A DNA stretch of 64,000 bases from contig CAXXHG010000021.1 in NCBI GenBank assembly GCA_963666315.2, positions 1 through 64,000 on the forward strand. Reading direction: 5' to 3'. The notes beneath the pieces were generated by a model, which searched no databases, was not told where the DNA came from, and saw nothing but the letters and a program-made list of their open reading frames with translations. Source of the stretch: Candidatus Binatia bacterium (GTDB lineage Bacteria; Desulfobacterota; Binatia; Bin18). This document shows positions 41,866 to 51,634 of the stretch, piece by piece. A program made the position numbers and the translations under genes. Within the stretch, counting starts at the first letter, position 1. Each line of letters starts with the position of its first letter.

Positions 41866-42437
41866 CTAATTTTCTTTCAATAACCCTTTCTTGTGGGCAT
41901 AATCTCTGAGCGCTTGGTGTAGTAAGCGGCGCGCGCGGGACAGCTGAGAGCTTTGGCCGCTTCTTGGTAGGTGCACTCCTCAATATCAACCAGGAGCAGA
42001 GTTGATCGATATTCTTCTGGGAGAGCTCGGAGGGCATCTGCGATTTCCCCATCCAAGAGGCGAGCGAGGATAATCTCGGCCAGATCGTCCTGATCTGCCT
42101 CGCCGACAGATATCAGTTTGCGTTTATAATGGTATTGCGCAGTGTCAAAATCGATCATGTGGCCCGCCCGGACGCGCTGGGCATAGCGGTTCCGAAAGGC
42201 ATTATACATGATGGTCAGCAGCCAGGCCCGACAGTTTGTGCCTGGCGTGAACTGGTGGAAAAAGCGAAACGCGCGCAGGAATGTTTCTTGGAACAGGTCG
42301 GCCGCGTCGTCTGGATTCCGCGTCAGGGACAGGCAGGCCGTATACAGATGATCCTTATGCGGAAGCGCCCACTGCTCGAAGAGAGCGTGTTTCTCCTTCT
42401 CCTCTTTGCTGTGGGCCATGCACGACACCGGTACCAC
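41866..42437 (-). pseudogene. ECF sigma-70 factor with deletion/frameshift in region 4.2
   Basis: DAADLFQETFLRA, AWLLTI, LPEEYR, YQEAA..LSCP; the GTVxSRL segment is missing and RARRLLHQAL follows in another frame. Confidence 0.82.
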
Positions 42438-42506
42438 AAACCTCGGGGGAGAGCATCCCCGGTAGGACCGCCTCAGGTAAGAATAAATTCTAAAATGAAG
42501 ACATTC

Positions 42507-42936
42507 TTACCACCCAGCTACGTCTTTCCTGCCAAACAAATTGGTTGGTGTGATACGAATAAGAATCTCGCCCGGCACGCCATTGCGCTTGCCGTAGGTT
42601 TCCGCTTGATCCTCGCCCATATACCGGCTGTCGATGCGGGTGGCCCAATAGAGGAGCTGGTCTGGGTCTGTACTCACACTGACTGTGCCTTCGAGTTGGA
42701 TAACAGAAAATGGTGGGAGCTGATCGTCAACGCTCAGACAGACGCGCGGATCTCGCCGGAGGTTGGCTGCTTTGACAGCCTTATGCCAAGTAGCGAACAC
42801 AAGAGTCTCGTCGTCAATATCAAACCAAATCGGCACCACATGCGGCCGCCCGTCAGCGCGAACGGTTGCGCACTGCGCGGTGCGGACAAGGGCTGCGCAG
42901 AAAATCCCAACATTCGTGTGTGGCCATGTTTTTCAT
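42507..42936 (-). pseudogene. PPOX class F420-dependent oxidoreductase, frameshifted paralog of 28956-29411
   Basis: ECWDFLRSP / ATVRADGRPHVVPIWF...NLRRDPRV. Confidence 0.82.
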
Positions 42937-44189
42937 ACATCCTCCGCTACAGACGGACTCATTATGGTCCGTCCGATTACTTTCTCAATAGTCAGTCCCT
43001 GGACTGCTATAGAAAAAATAACGATGACGTAGGTGATGGCAACGATCACATGGCGCTCCGGACCCGGAGGTAATGACAGCGCAAGCGCGACTGATATCCC
43101 ACCCCGCAGGCCACCCCAGGTAAGGATGCGGATCGTCCCAGGACTAAACTCTCGCACCAAACGCAGCAGAGTAACAGGGATACCGATCGCGATAAACCGG
43201 GCAAAGAGAACACACGGAATGAGCAAAAGGCTGGCAAAGAGATACTGCTGAGAAAAGGTCAGGACGAGCATTTCCAAGCCAATAAGCACAAATAAGATGG
43301 CATTGAGGACTTCGTCTAAGAGCTCCCAAAAGAGATCGAGATGAAGACGGGTTTCCTCTGACATGCCAAACAGCCGGCCATGATTGCCTATCAGCAACCC
43401 TGCGACCACAATCGCGATAGGGCCGGAGAGATGGAGTGCCGCGGCGAGAGTATAGCCGCCGAAAACCAGAGCGAGGGTCAGCAGGATTTCAACCTGGTAG
43501 TTGTCTACACTCTTGAGCATGCGATAGGCCAGATAGCCGCAACCAAGACCGAACGCCGCACCGCCAATGACTTCTTGGGTAAACAATACGACGATGGAGC
43601 CTGGACTGACCGCATGAGTTCCGGTCGCAATATCAAAGATGACCAAGAAGACAACGATGCCTATGCCGTCATTAAATAAGGACTCTCCGGTAATTTTAAT
43701 CTCAAGACTTTTAGGTGCCTTGGCTGTCTTTAAGATGCCTAGGACGGCAATCGGGTCAGTGGGAGAGATCAAAGCGCCGAAGAGCAGGCAGTAGACATAG
43801 GGTAATGCAACGCCGATCCAGCCTACTATCCACCAGGTCAGTGTTCCGACCAGAAAGGTTGAGATCAGCGTCCCGATTGTCGCCAGGGCAGCGATACTCC
43901 ACTTCCATTCGGCCAAGTCGTTGATGTTAACGTGCAGTGCCCCGGCAAATAAGAGAAAACTCAACATGCCGTGCAGGACGGTTATATTAAAATCAATCGA
44001 GCTGAGCCACCTTTCCGCCTGTTGCGCCGCGTTGAAGCCGAAGAAATCCAAGAGGTGTAGACCCAGGGACATGGCAAGGGCAATCAGCATTACCCCGATA
44101 GTGACCGGGAGCCCGATGTAGCGATGATTGAGATAGCTAAAGATCGCAGTCAGCGAGATCAGAATGGCGACAATTTGTAAAAAATCCAT
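42933..44189 (-). CDS. CPA1 Na+/H+ antiporter (NhaP-like)
   Basis: ISPTDPIAV, GESLFNDG, WGGLRGGISVALAL. Confidence 0.94.
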   Translation of the reverse strand: MDFLQIVAILISLTAIFSYLNHRYIGLPVTIGVMLIALAMSLGLHLLDFFGFNAAQQAERWLSSIDFNITVLHGMLSFLLFAGALHVNINDLAEWKWSIAALATIGTLISTFLVGTLTWWIVGWIGVALPYVYCLLFGALISPTDPIAVLGILKTAKAPKSLEIKITGESLFNDGIGIVVFLVIFDIATGTHAVSPGSIVVLFTQEVIGGAAFGLGCGYLAYRMLKSVDNYQVEILLTLALVFGGYTLAAALHLSGPIAIVVAGLLIGNHGRLFGMSEETRLHLDLFWELLDEVLNAILFVLIGLEMLVLTFSQQYLFASLLLIPCVLFARFIAIGIPVTLLRLVREFSPGTIRILTWGGLRGGISVALALSLPPGPERHVIVAITYVIVIFSIAVQGLTIEKVIGRTIMSPSVAEDV

Positions 44190-44206
44190 GAGGATAGGGG
44201 AAGACC

Positions 44207-44593
44207 TTACTCGATTTCGACTTCTATTGTCTCACCGCTGTAATACACTGGATAAGTCCGAACCGGCTTGCGTGCGGGACCGCGCAACACCTGCCCGGTT
44301 TTGAGATCAAAGCGCGCCCCGTGGGCACGGCAGACGAGGATCCGATCACTGACGATACCGCTGGAGAGGGGACTGAGATTGTGCGGACAGGCGTTGTGCA
44401 AGGCAAAGAGTTCTTCTCCGAGACGAAACACGGCCAGTCTTCTACCCGCTGCAACAACCGGCGTGCCTTGTCCTTCCGGAAAATCGGAGGCCTTGCCAAT
44501 GGGAACACGGACAGCCTTTTTAGGGGCTGTGGGGTGGGGGTTGGGAGCTAGGGAAGGGAAGAAGAAGTAAAGAATTTTTCGATACAGGCTCAA
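44207..44593 (-). CDS. Rieske [2Fe-2S] ferredoxin
   Basis: CPH...CRAHGARFDLKTG. Confidence 0.85.
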   Translation of the reverse strand: MSLYRKILYFFFPSLAPNPHPTAPKKAVRVPIGKASDFPEGQGTPVVAAGRRLAVFRLGEELFALHNACPHNLSPLSSGIVSDRILVCRAHGARFDLKTGQVLRGPARKPVRTYPVYYSGETIEVEIE

Positions 44594-44672
44594 AATTTAT
44601 ATTCCCAAGCCCTCTCCAAGGACTCCCCAGCAAAAGGCTCCCAGCCAACCCCCAATCCCTAGCCCCTAAGTG

Positions 44673-45798
44673 CTATTGTGCTGGAAAGCCGTCCAGTTTG
44701 ACGCAGTTGTCATGAACGATCTTGCGCGTGTCTTCTTCTGGAATAGCAGCGAAATTATCCGCCACCTGCTTGCGCGAGAAAGGCCACACTCCTTCGGTGT
44801 GCGGATAGTCCGATCCCCACAGTAAGTTTTCTACACCCATGAGTTCCCGGGTCAGTACCCCAGCTCGGTCGTCTTCAAAGGTGGCGTAAAACTGGCGGTG
44901 AAAATACGTGCTGGGCGGATCAGGCAGACGGGGCTCCATCCAGCCCTTATGATCTTGCCACCAGTGGTCCATAAAGCCCAGGGATGCACCTATCCAGCCT
45001 ATGCCACTTTCGACCAAGGCCCATTTGAGCTTGGGGAAACGGACGGGCGCACCGCCCCAAATAATGTGTTGCAAGGTCTCGTTCATCTCGAACTTGACAA
45101 TGCCGATGATGATCCCGCCCGCACCTGGCCCATGCGCGCGGCCGAACGGATCGCGGCCTCCGATTATGGATGCTGACGACGAGGTGCATATCCTGCAGCG
45201 CGGCCCAGAGTGGATCCCAGTCGGGCAGGTTGTAAGGACGATCATCCACCCATGCCGGTAGCACGACGCTGACCAGACCCAGCTTGGCGCAACGTTCAGT
45301 TTCCTCAATGGCCCACTCAATAGGGCCTCGACACGGAATCATGCCCACGCCTTTAAGACGATCCGGATAGGCTGAGCAATATTCCGCCAGCCAATCGTTA
45401 TATGCCCGGCAACAGGCGTACAGGTATTCGGTGTCAGGCGCGCGCATGAGGGTAAGGCCCACCCCAGGGTAGATGACCTCTCCGGACACCCCATCCATAT
45501 CCTGGTCTTTCAGTCGTTCGTGGGGGTCCCAACTCCCCGGACGATTATCCGCATACTTAAAGCCCTTAGGAGCAGGAATATCCATGCCTTGGGCTTTGAG
45601 ATCTGCCATGGGGCCTTCAAACGCCAAAGGCCGCGGCCGGAGGCCGTCAATGACAATGTAATCGCCGCTTTCGTCTAGTGCCTCGATACGCGGCGCCTTA
45701 TCTCGCCATTTTTTATCCATACGCGTCAGCCACAGATCTGCCGGCTCCACGATATGGGAGTCGGCCGAGAGGAGGCGTTTGGTATACGGCTCGGTCAT
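44673..45798 (-). pseudogene. Amidohydrolase family protein, frameshifted (probable internal deletion near 45100-45170)
   Basis: SADSHIVEP, DQDMDGV, ESGIGW, WGSDYPH. Confidence 0.86.
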
Positions 45799-45816
45799 TT
45801 CTTCCCTCCGTCTCTG

Positions 45817-46365
45817 CTACTTCTTTGCAAACGCTGACTTTTTCGCCGTTGTCTTCTGTGTTGCGGCAGCCCGCTTTTTCACCGGAGCCCGTTTTGCCGC
45901 TGTTGTTCGTTTCTTCCCGGGTTTGAGTGCCATTTTATTACACGTACACGTACCAACCTGATGCAGCTCGATGACATTATCAAAAGGGTCACGGACAAAC
46001 ACCTGGTCCGAGTTTTTGCCGACTAGGCCCTGAATGCCCCAATACCAAATACCGCGCTTATCGAGTTCCTTGCGCGCAGCTTTGATATCTTTGACGGCAA
46101 GGGCGACGTGGGGCAGCGTGGGGTCTTCTCTCTTGGACCGGGCGAGCGGCGACTTGCCTTTGGCTCCCATCAGATGAATCTGAGTTGTATTTTTGCCCTT
46201 ACCCACATACATCCAAAAACCTGGAATAGATGCGATATCGGGCCGTGCCGGATCTGTCCCTAACCCCAGGACACCAGAATAAAACTCGCGCGCCTTCTCC
46301 GCATCCTTTTGTGTGTTCCCGATCCGAATACCATGATGGTGCAGCTCAACCACTTCAATCGACAT
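45817..46365 (-). CDS. VOC/glyoxalase family protein with Lys/Ala-rich tail
   Basis: LHHHGI, QIHL, HVALAV, DPFDNVIELHQ; KKRTTAAKRAPVKK tail. Confidence 0.88.
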   Translation of the reverse strand: MSIEVVELHHHGIRIGNTQKDAEKAREFYSGVLGLGTDPARPDIASIPGFWMYVGKGKNTTQIHLMGAKGKSPLARSKREDPTLPHVALAVKDIKAARKELDKRGIWYWGIQGLVGKNSDQVFVRDPFDNVIELHQVGTCTCNKMALKPGKKRTTAAKRAPVKKRAAATQKTTAKKSAFAKK

Positions 46366-46380
46366 ACTCAACCCTCCTTA

Positions 46381-46412
46381 CAAATGGGCAATATTGCAAA
46401 TGGGCAATATTG
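46381..46412. repeat. 16-bp tandem duplication
   Basis: CAAATGGGCAATATTG x2. Confidence 0.85.
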
Positions 46413-46674
46413 TTGCCTCTGCTATAGCATAAGAGCTGAAGGAAGGGAAAAGCGTGTTTCTTGGTGGACCAGATTGAGGGGCCTTGAGGACCAGTGACAA
46501 CAGGCAACAGAATAGTGTAGGCTACGGCTGAAGAAAAATAGCAAACCGTGCAGAATAGATAAGGATACTCAATACGCCGCGTTTCCCGGCCAGAGGTATG
46601 ACCGCAGAACCGGGAAGCGCAACGAGGTAAAAGAGCTTCCTTGCTGTTGCGCGGAAAGGAATATTAATCCGTCT

Positions 46675-47697
46675 ATGTCTTCACAAAAATGTGCAACACC
46701 CTCCACTCACCTGGAGATTGTCAAAAGCCCCTGGACGCCTGCCGCAAAACAGCAAGCGCTCGAGAGAGAAGTGCTGGGGCATTACAGCGAATATTTCAGT
46801 CGGGCCATGACCACGCGCAACTGGTCACCGTGGCAGGATTTCTCACTTGAAGAGATGAGCCAATTCGGGGGCCGGCTGGGCGAAGAAACCGCCAACTTGA
46901 TAGAAGGCTTCCTGGGAGTGGAAGAATATGTTGCCGACTACGTGCGGGCGGGGATTGAGCTATTTCGCCACAACCGCACCCGGCGGAATATGCAGTTGCA
47001 GTGGGGGGCAGAAGAAGCACGCCACGGCATCGCGTGGGAACTCGTTTTACAACATTCCGGGATGCGCACGGAGGCTCAACTTCAGACGTATCTCGGCAAG
47101 GTGCAAGAATCCCGTTGGGATGTGGAACAACATCCAGGTCTCGACACCCCGCTCGGAAGCTCTGCCTACGCAATGGTCCAGGAGCGAGCGACCTATTATA
47201 ACTATCAAGAAATGCGTGCGCGTATTCGTGAAGAATATGGCCTGACGCCCACACCGACGTCTCAAGAGCGAGAACGTGGACATGAGATCGGTGCTTCGGA
47301 AGCCTTTCGCATTGTCAGCCAAGATGAGATCACACATCATGCTCTCTTCCTGAAGATTGTTCAAAGCTATATCAAATACTTCCCGTCGCTCGCGTTTGAG
47401 ACTTTAAACAAAGTATTTCTCGGATTCGAGATGCCGGCCCTGCGCGTTATTCCCAATGCACGTCTCTATCTCCGCGCCGTTTTGCGCACCAAGATATACA
47501 ACGAGGAGATCCACCGTGAAAAGGTCCACAACCCAGTGCTGAAAGCCTTGGGGCTGGAGGACAATGATGCTTTTGAAAAGGCTGTTCAATCCGCCCGCCA
47601 GCTCCCTGATGATCTCGGCCCGGATGGTATCACCCTCAGCCGGACAGGTGAGTGGATTGTCGGCTATAGCCAACCCGCAGCAGCTGCTGGATCTTGA
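46675..47697 (+). CDS. Acyl-ACP desaturase (ferritin-like diiron)
   Basis: WGAEEARHG, QERAT, DEITH. Confidence 0.85.
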   Translation: MSSQKCATPSTHLEIVKSPWTPAAKQQALEREVLGHYSEYFSRAMTTRNWSPWQDFSLEEMSQFGGRLGEETANLIEGFLGVEEYVADYVRAGIELFRHNRTRRNMQLQWGAEEARHGIAWELVLQHSGMRTEAQLQTYLGKVQESRWDVEQHPGLDTPLGSSAYAMVQERATYYNYQEMRARIREEYGLTPTPTSQERERGHEIGASEAFRIVSQDEITHHALFLKIVQSYIKYFPSLAFETLNKVFLGFEMPALRVIPNARLYLRAVLRTKIYNEEIHREKVHNPVLKALGLEDNDAFEKAVQSARQLPDDLGPDGITLSRTGEWIVGYSQPAAAAGS

Positions 47698-47771
47698 GGT
47701 TTAGTTTTTTGACCTTCTCCCCAGGGTCAAAATCAACCCACCCGCGATGTTTGCGGCGATGCTAAGAACGC

Positions 47772-48194
47772 CTAACAAAACGCTCCGAGGCACATGGGTA
47801 ATGCCCCAGCCCCCTCCCCCTGGATTCCCGTTTCCACGGGAATGACCGGCTTTCTTGTGTCATACCTGCGCAAGCAGGTATCCAGGCTTCCGGTACAAGA
47901 CTGAGTTTTGTTAGGGGCACTAAGCGCAATAATCGTCGCATAAGCAGTCCGGACCGGATTATCGTAATACGGAGCGATTTCTACTGCCTGGCCTGCCATT
48001 TCCGCATTGTATTCGCGGACGATACGCTGGACACGCTCGAAATCGTTTTTCGGTTCGTAGCGTGGTGTGTCTTTCGACAGTTCGAGATAGCCGTGGATGA
48101 TAATATTCTGTCCTCTATCCGCTTCAACGAATGGAAAGACGAGGAACGGGGTTACGATCCCGATGAAAACGAGCGCGAATACTACCCATTTCAT
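47772..48194 (-). CDS. Hypothetical membrane-anchored protein; 3' part runs through a REP element
   Basis: N-terminal TM, GGAGG RBS. Confidence 0.5.
   Translation of the reverse strand: MKWVVFALVFIGIVTPFLVFPFVEADRGQNIIIHGYLELSKDTPRYEPKNDFERVQRIVREYNAEMAGQAVEIAPYYDNPVRTAYATIIALSAPNKTQSCTGSLDTCLRRYDTRKPVIPVETGIQGEGAGALPMCLGAFC
47820..47886. repeat. GTCATTCCCG..GGGAATCCA-type REP doublet, copy 1
   Basis: TGGATTCCCGTTTCCACGGGAATGAC-N-GTCATACCTGCGCAAGCAGGTATCCAG; near-identical to 61774-61834. Confidence 0.82.
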
Positions 48195-48242
48195 AGTATC
48201 CTCCGGCTCTTATAATAATCCTGCTCTCGATACGCTGATCTT

Positions 48243-48314
48243 CGTCATAAGCGTCATAAGCGTCATAAGCGTCATAAGCGTCATAAGCGTCATAAGCGTC
48301 ATAAGCGTCATAAG
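48243..48314. repeat. 9-bp tandem repeat (CGTCATAAG)x8
   Basis: Eight perfect copies counted. Confidence 0.95.
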
Positions 48315-48386
48315 AATGATGTATTTTTATTTTCTTGCAATGATTTCTCTCTTCGGCAAATTTGAAAACACCAGGTATCTACGTCA

Positions 48387-49283
48387 TTAGCGTAGCGCCG
48401 CTACCGCAACCCCGACAATAACAATCAAACCGCCGACAAGGTGAGGCAGGGTCAGGGTCTCGTCGAGAAAAACGTAGGCTATGCCAATAGCCATCACCGG
48501 CACCAGGTTAATAAACACGCCGGCCCGACTTGGGCCAAGAATTTCAACGGCTTGATAATACCAAAAATGGGCAAAGGTCCCGAGCGTGCTTTGATAGACA
48601 ATCGCCAGCCACGAATCCCAGCGCGTTTCCGCAAACTGCCAGCTGTCCCATTCTGTCAACCAACAGGCGATGATCACATACGAGGCGCCGGCAATATAGG
48701 CATACGTTGTCGCGGCGAGGGGGGAGACCTGCTGCATGAGGTGGCGGCCATAGGTGGTATAGGCCCCCCAGGCAAACAAGGTCGCGATGATGATGAGATC
48801 GCCTGGGTTGTACTCGTTTTGGATAATGACGTGCCATGAGCCGCGCGCAATAATGACCACTACGCCCACAATGGAGATGCTAATGCCGAGGAGCATGGTG
48901 GACGACAGTTTCTCTTTCAGAAACAAGACCGCCAAAAGGGCAATCGCAATAGGTGAGGCGGCATTGAGCAGTGCGGCGTTGGTCGCCGTCGTTAAGCGCA
49001 GCCCCTGGTAACTCCCTGCTACAGAAAGCAAATAGCCGGTAAATCCTAAGAAGAGAAAACTGCCGACCAGCCGTGGAGTCCAGGCGATGTTCGAAGCCTC
49101 AGGGCCGCGCTTCCGCTGGAGATAGATGAATAAGAGGACCGCGCCAATGCTCAAACGAATGGCGGCAAGCGTAAAGGGCGGAATACTGCGCAGGGCTATT
49201 TTCCCAGTTGGAAACAAACCCGCCCAGACCATGGTGGTCAGAACCATGAGAAGAAGGCCGCGACGTTGGGCTGATAGTGCCAT
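48387..49283 (-). CDS. DMT/EamA family transporter
   Basis: 10 TM in two EamA repeats; LGPSRAGVFINLVPV. Confidence 0.92.
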   Translation of the reverse strand: MALSAQRRGLLLMVLTTMVWAGLFPTGKIALRSIPPFTLAAIRLSIGAVLLFIYLQRKRGPEASNIAWTPRLVGSFLFLGFTGYLLSVAGSYQGLRLTTATNAALLNAASPIAIALLAVLFLKEKLSSTMLLGISISIVGVVVIIARGSWHVIIQNEYNPGDLIIIATLFAWGAYTTYGRHLMQQVSPLAATTYAYIAGASYVIIACWLTEWDSWQFAETRWDSWLAIVYQSTLGTFAHFWYYQAVEILGPSRAGVFINLVPVMAIGIAYVFLDETLTLPHLVGGLIVIVGVAVAALR

Positions 49284-49325
49284 TCAGAACGACAAGGACC
49301 GAAATATAAACGGATCGATACAGAC

Positions 49326-50348
49326 CTAACGAAACGCTGGCATGACCTCTTTGGCGAAAACGCGTACGGCTTCTCGATCGTACAAACCGGGACGGCGCAG
49401 GTTGATAATGAAGTGTGTTACGCCAATATCGATATAGGCTTGAAGTTGCCGGCGAATGTCGTCGGCGCTGCCGGCCAATACGGTCTGACGTGCCTCGTCC
49501 TCGGTCATCCCCCGCATTTTCATAGCGCGTTGCAGCACCTTTTGCAGAGCTTCAGGAGTAGGATTCAGATACATAGGTGCCAGATAGGACCGTTCAATTT
49601 CACTACAGTCTCGTTTTATCTCTTGACAGTATTTCTCAAGTACTTGATTCTTTTTGGCAAACTGGCCGGGCGAGAGAATCGGAACATTCCACATCTGCGC
49701 GTAGCGTGCCACAAGGGGCAAGGTGAGTTTTTCGCCGATCCCGCCTATCATAATCGGCGGCATGGGTTGCTGGACTGGCTTGGGAACAAACGGTGCATCA
49801 ACCAGGGAATAATACTTACCTTCAAACGAAGCGGTGGGATCGGCCTGCCAGAGTTTTGTAATCACTTGCAGTGCTTCGTCGAGTCGTTTGGCGCGGCCTC
49901 TCATAGTTGAAAATTCGACCCCGTACGCTTCATGCTCACGTTTGAACCAGCCTGCACCAAGGCCGAGAATCAGACGTCCATTGCTGAGATGGTCAACCGT
50001 GGTCGCCATCTTGGCCAGGATGGACGGATGGCGGAAGGTATTACTCGTCACCATACAGCCAATCTGGATCTTGGAAGTAGAGACCGCCATCGCCCCGAGC
50101 AACGTCCACGATTCAAAGTTCGGTCCATCTGACGGACCTACGCTCGGCAGCAGATGATCGTTCACCCACAAGGTATCGAAACCCAGGGCTTCGGCTTCTT
50201 GCCACACGTCTTTGAGTTCTTCAATTGTCGTTTGCTGTTGTGCGACTTGCAGGCCAAAGCGAATTTTCGGTTTCTTCTCTTCGGCCTGAACTGGAACGCT
50301 GAGAAAGACAAGACAGATAGTGACGAGCCAATATAAAGACTTGCGCAT
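49326..50348 (-). CDS. LLM class F420-dependent oxidoreductase with N-terminal signal peptide
   Basis: GFDTLWVNDH, RHPSILAKMATTVDHLSNGRLILGLGAGW, PKPVQ, IGGIGEK; GGGAGG RBS. Confidence 0.9.
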   Translation of the reverse strand: MRKSLYWLVTICLVFLSVPVQAEEKKPKIRFGLQVAQQQTTIEELKDVWQEAEALGFDTLWVNDHLLPSVGPSDGPNFESWTLLGAMAVSTSKIQIGCMVTSNTFRHPSILAKMATTVDHLSNGRLILGLGAGWFKREHEAYGVEFSTMRGRAKRLDEALQVITKLWQADPTASFEGKYYSLVDAPFVPKPVQQPMPPIMIGGIGEKLTLPLVARYAQMWNVPILSPGQFAKKNQVLEKYCQEIKRDCSEIERSYLAPMYLNPTPEALQKVLQRAMKMRGMTEDEARQTVLAGSADDIRRQLQAYIDIGVTHFIINLRRPGLYDREAVRVFAKEVMPAFR

Positions 50349-50447
50349 ACAGTACTCCCCTCCCTTGGCACGCCTACCAGCTATGCGGAGACGGCTCAAG
50401 TTCATGGAAGTAAGATGTGGAAGAAGGGACGGGTTACTCGACGTGCT

Positions 50448-50557
50448 ATCCCGTCCTTGGAGGGGTGGCCGTCCGACCAATGGTCGGCGACCGGGGTGGG
50501 TTGCCCGAGGTCGGAAACACACCCCGCCGCTGCGCGGCACCCCTCTCAAGAGGGGAT
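50448..50557. repeat. Paired palindromic REP-like element, copy 2
   Basis: Same two units as 7167-7285 in swapped order. Confidence 0.65.
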
Positions 50558-50578
50558 GGAGTTGCTTGCGCCTTCTCC

Positions 50579-51595
50579 CTATGTCGTCACCGCACTCTGT
50601 GCCGCTTCGCTCGCGGTCTCCTCTTGCTCAACCTCAAATCCTGCTGCTTCGACGAGCTGATGCGCGTCTTGGGCCTGTTGGCCTGGCGTGGTGAGATAGC
50701 CTTCGACAAAAATGGAGTTTGCCGGATAAAAGGCCAGCCCGGACCATTTGCCGAGATAGAGTTCGCGGCCCGCGGCCATGCGGATTTCGCTGTGCGGATT
50801 GAGGAAACGCATCAGACAGAGGGTCTTGAGCCCACGCACGGGATTGAAGTCCTTGCGTGGGCCGAGCGGAGTGCCGTCGATGGGGTATAGGAAATTCACC
50901 GGCACGGAGTCAATGTCTAACGCCCGCACGGCGTAGGCCAACTCCACAACGTCTTCGTCCTTTTCGCCCATGCCGATAATGCCGCCACTGCATGTGGAAA
51001 GCCCCGCCTGCTTGACGTTCTTGATCGTCTCAACCCGGTCATCATAGGTATGCGTCGAGCAAATTTCCGAGTAAAATTTACGGCTGGTGTTGAGGTTGTG
51101 GTTGACCCAGCCGACGCCGGATTCTTTGAGTTCTCGGGCCTGGGGTTCGCTCATCAAGCCCAGAGACACACAAATCTCCAACCCTGGAAATTCGGCTTTG
51201 ATCTGTCGTGTCGCATCGGTCAGATGGGCAATATCGCGTTCGCTTGGTCCACGTCCGCTGGCGACCATGCAGTAGCGCCGGGCGCCGGCCTGGGCTGCCT
51301 TGCGCGCACCGGCAAGTAGCTCGTCTTTTGAAAGGAGACGATATCTATTAATCGGAGCCTTTGAGATGGACGACTGTGAGCAGTAGTTGCAATCTTCTGG
51401 GCAGAGGCCGCTACGGGCGTTTTGTAACACACAGATTTTTACTTTGCGGCCGAAGAATTTTTCTCGCACCGTGAATGCGGCATCCAGCAGTTCAGATAAG
51501 TTCTCGTCGGCTGTTTGTAAAACAGAAAATGCTTCTTCACGAGATAGCAATTCGCCAGCTAATGATTTGGTCGCTAAGTGCGAGAAATTATTCAT
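50579..51595 (-). CDS. bioB: Biotin synthase
   Basis: CPEDCNYCSQS radical SAM motif, NHNLNTS, CSGGIIGMGE, ANSIF. Confidence 0.97.
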   Translation of the reverse strand: MNNFSHLATKSLAGELLSREEAFSVLQTADENLSELLDAAFTVREKFFGRKVKICVLQNARSGLCPEDCNYCSQSSISKAPINRYRLLSKDELLAGARKAAQAGARRYCMVASGRGPSERDIAHLTDATRQIKAEFPGLEICVSLGLMSEPQARELKESGVGWVNHNLNTSRKFYSEICSTHTYDDRVETIKNVKQAGLSTCSGGIIGMGEKDEDVVELAYAVRALDIDSVPVNFLYPIDGTPLGPRKDFNPVRGLKTLCLMRFLNPHSEIRMAAGRELYLGKWSGLAFYPANSIFVEGYLTTPGQQAQDAHQLVEAAGFEVEQEETASEAAQSAVTT

Positions 51596-51634
51596 ACTTT
51601 TCCTTTCAGTCGAATATGTCAGCAGATCTCTGCT

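Noticed and set aside
48243-48314. Possible CRISPR array
   Set aside because: 9-bp contiguous units with no spacers and no cas genes
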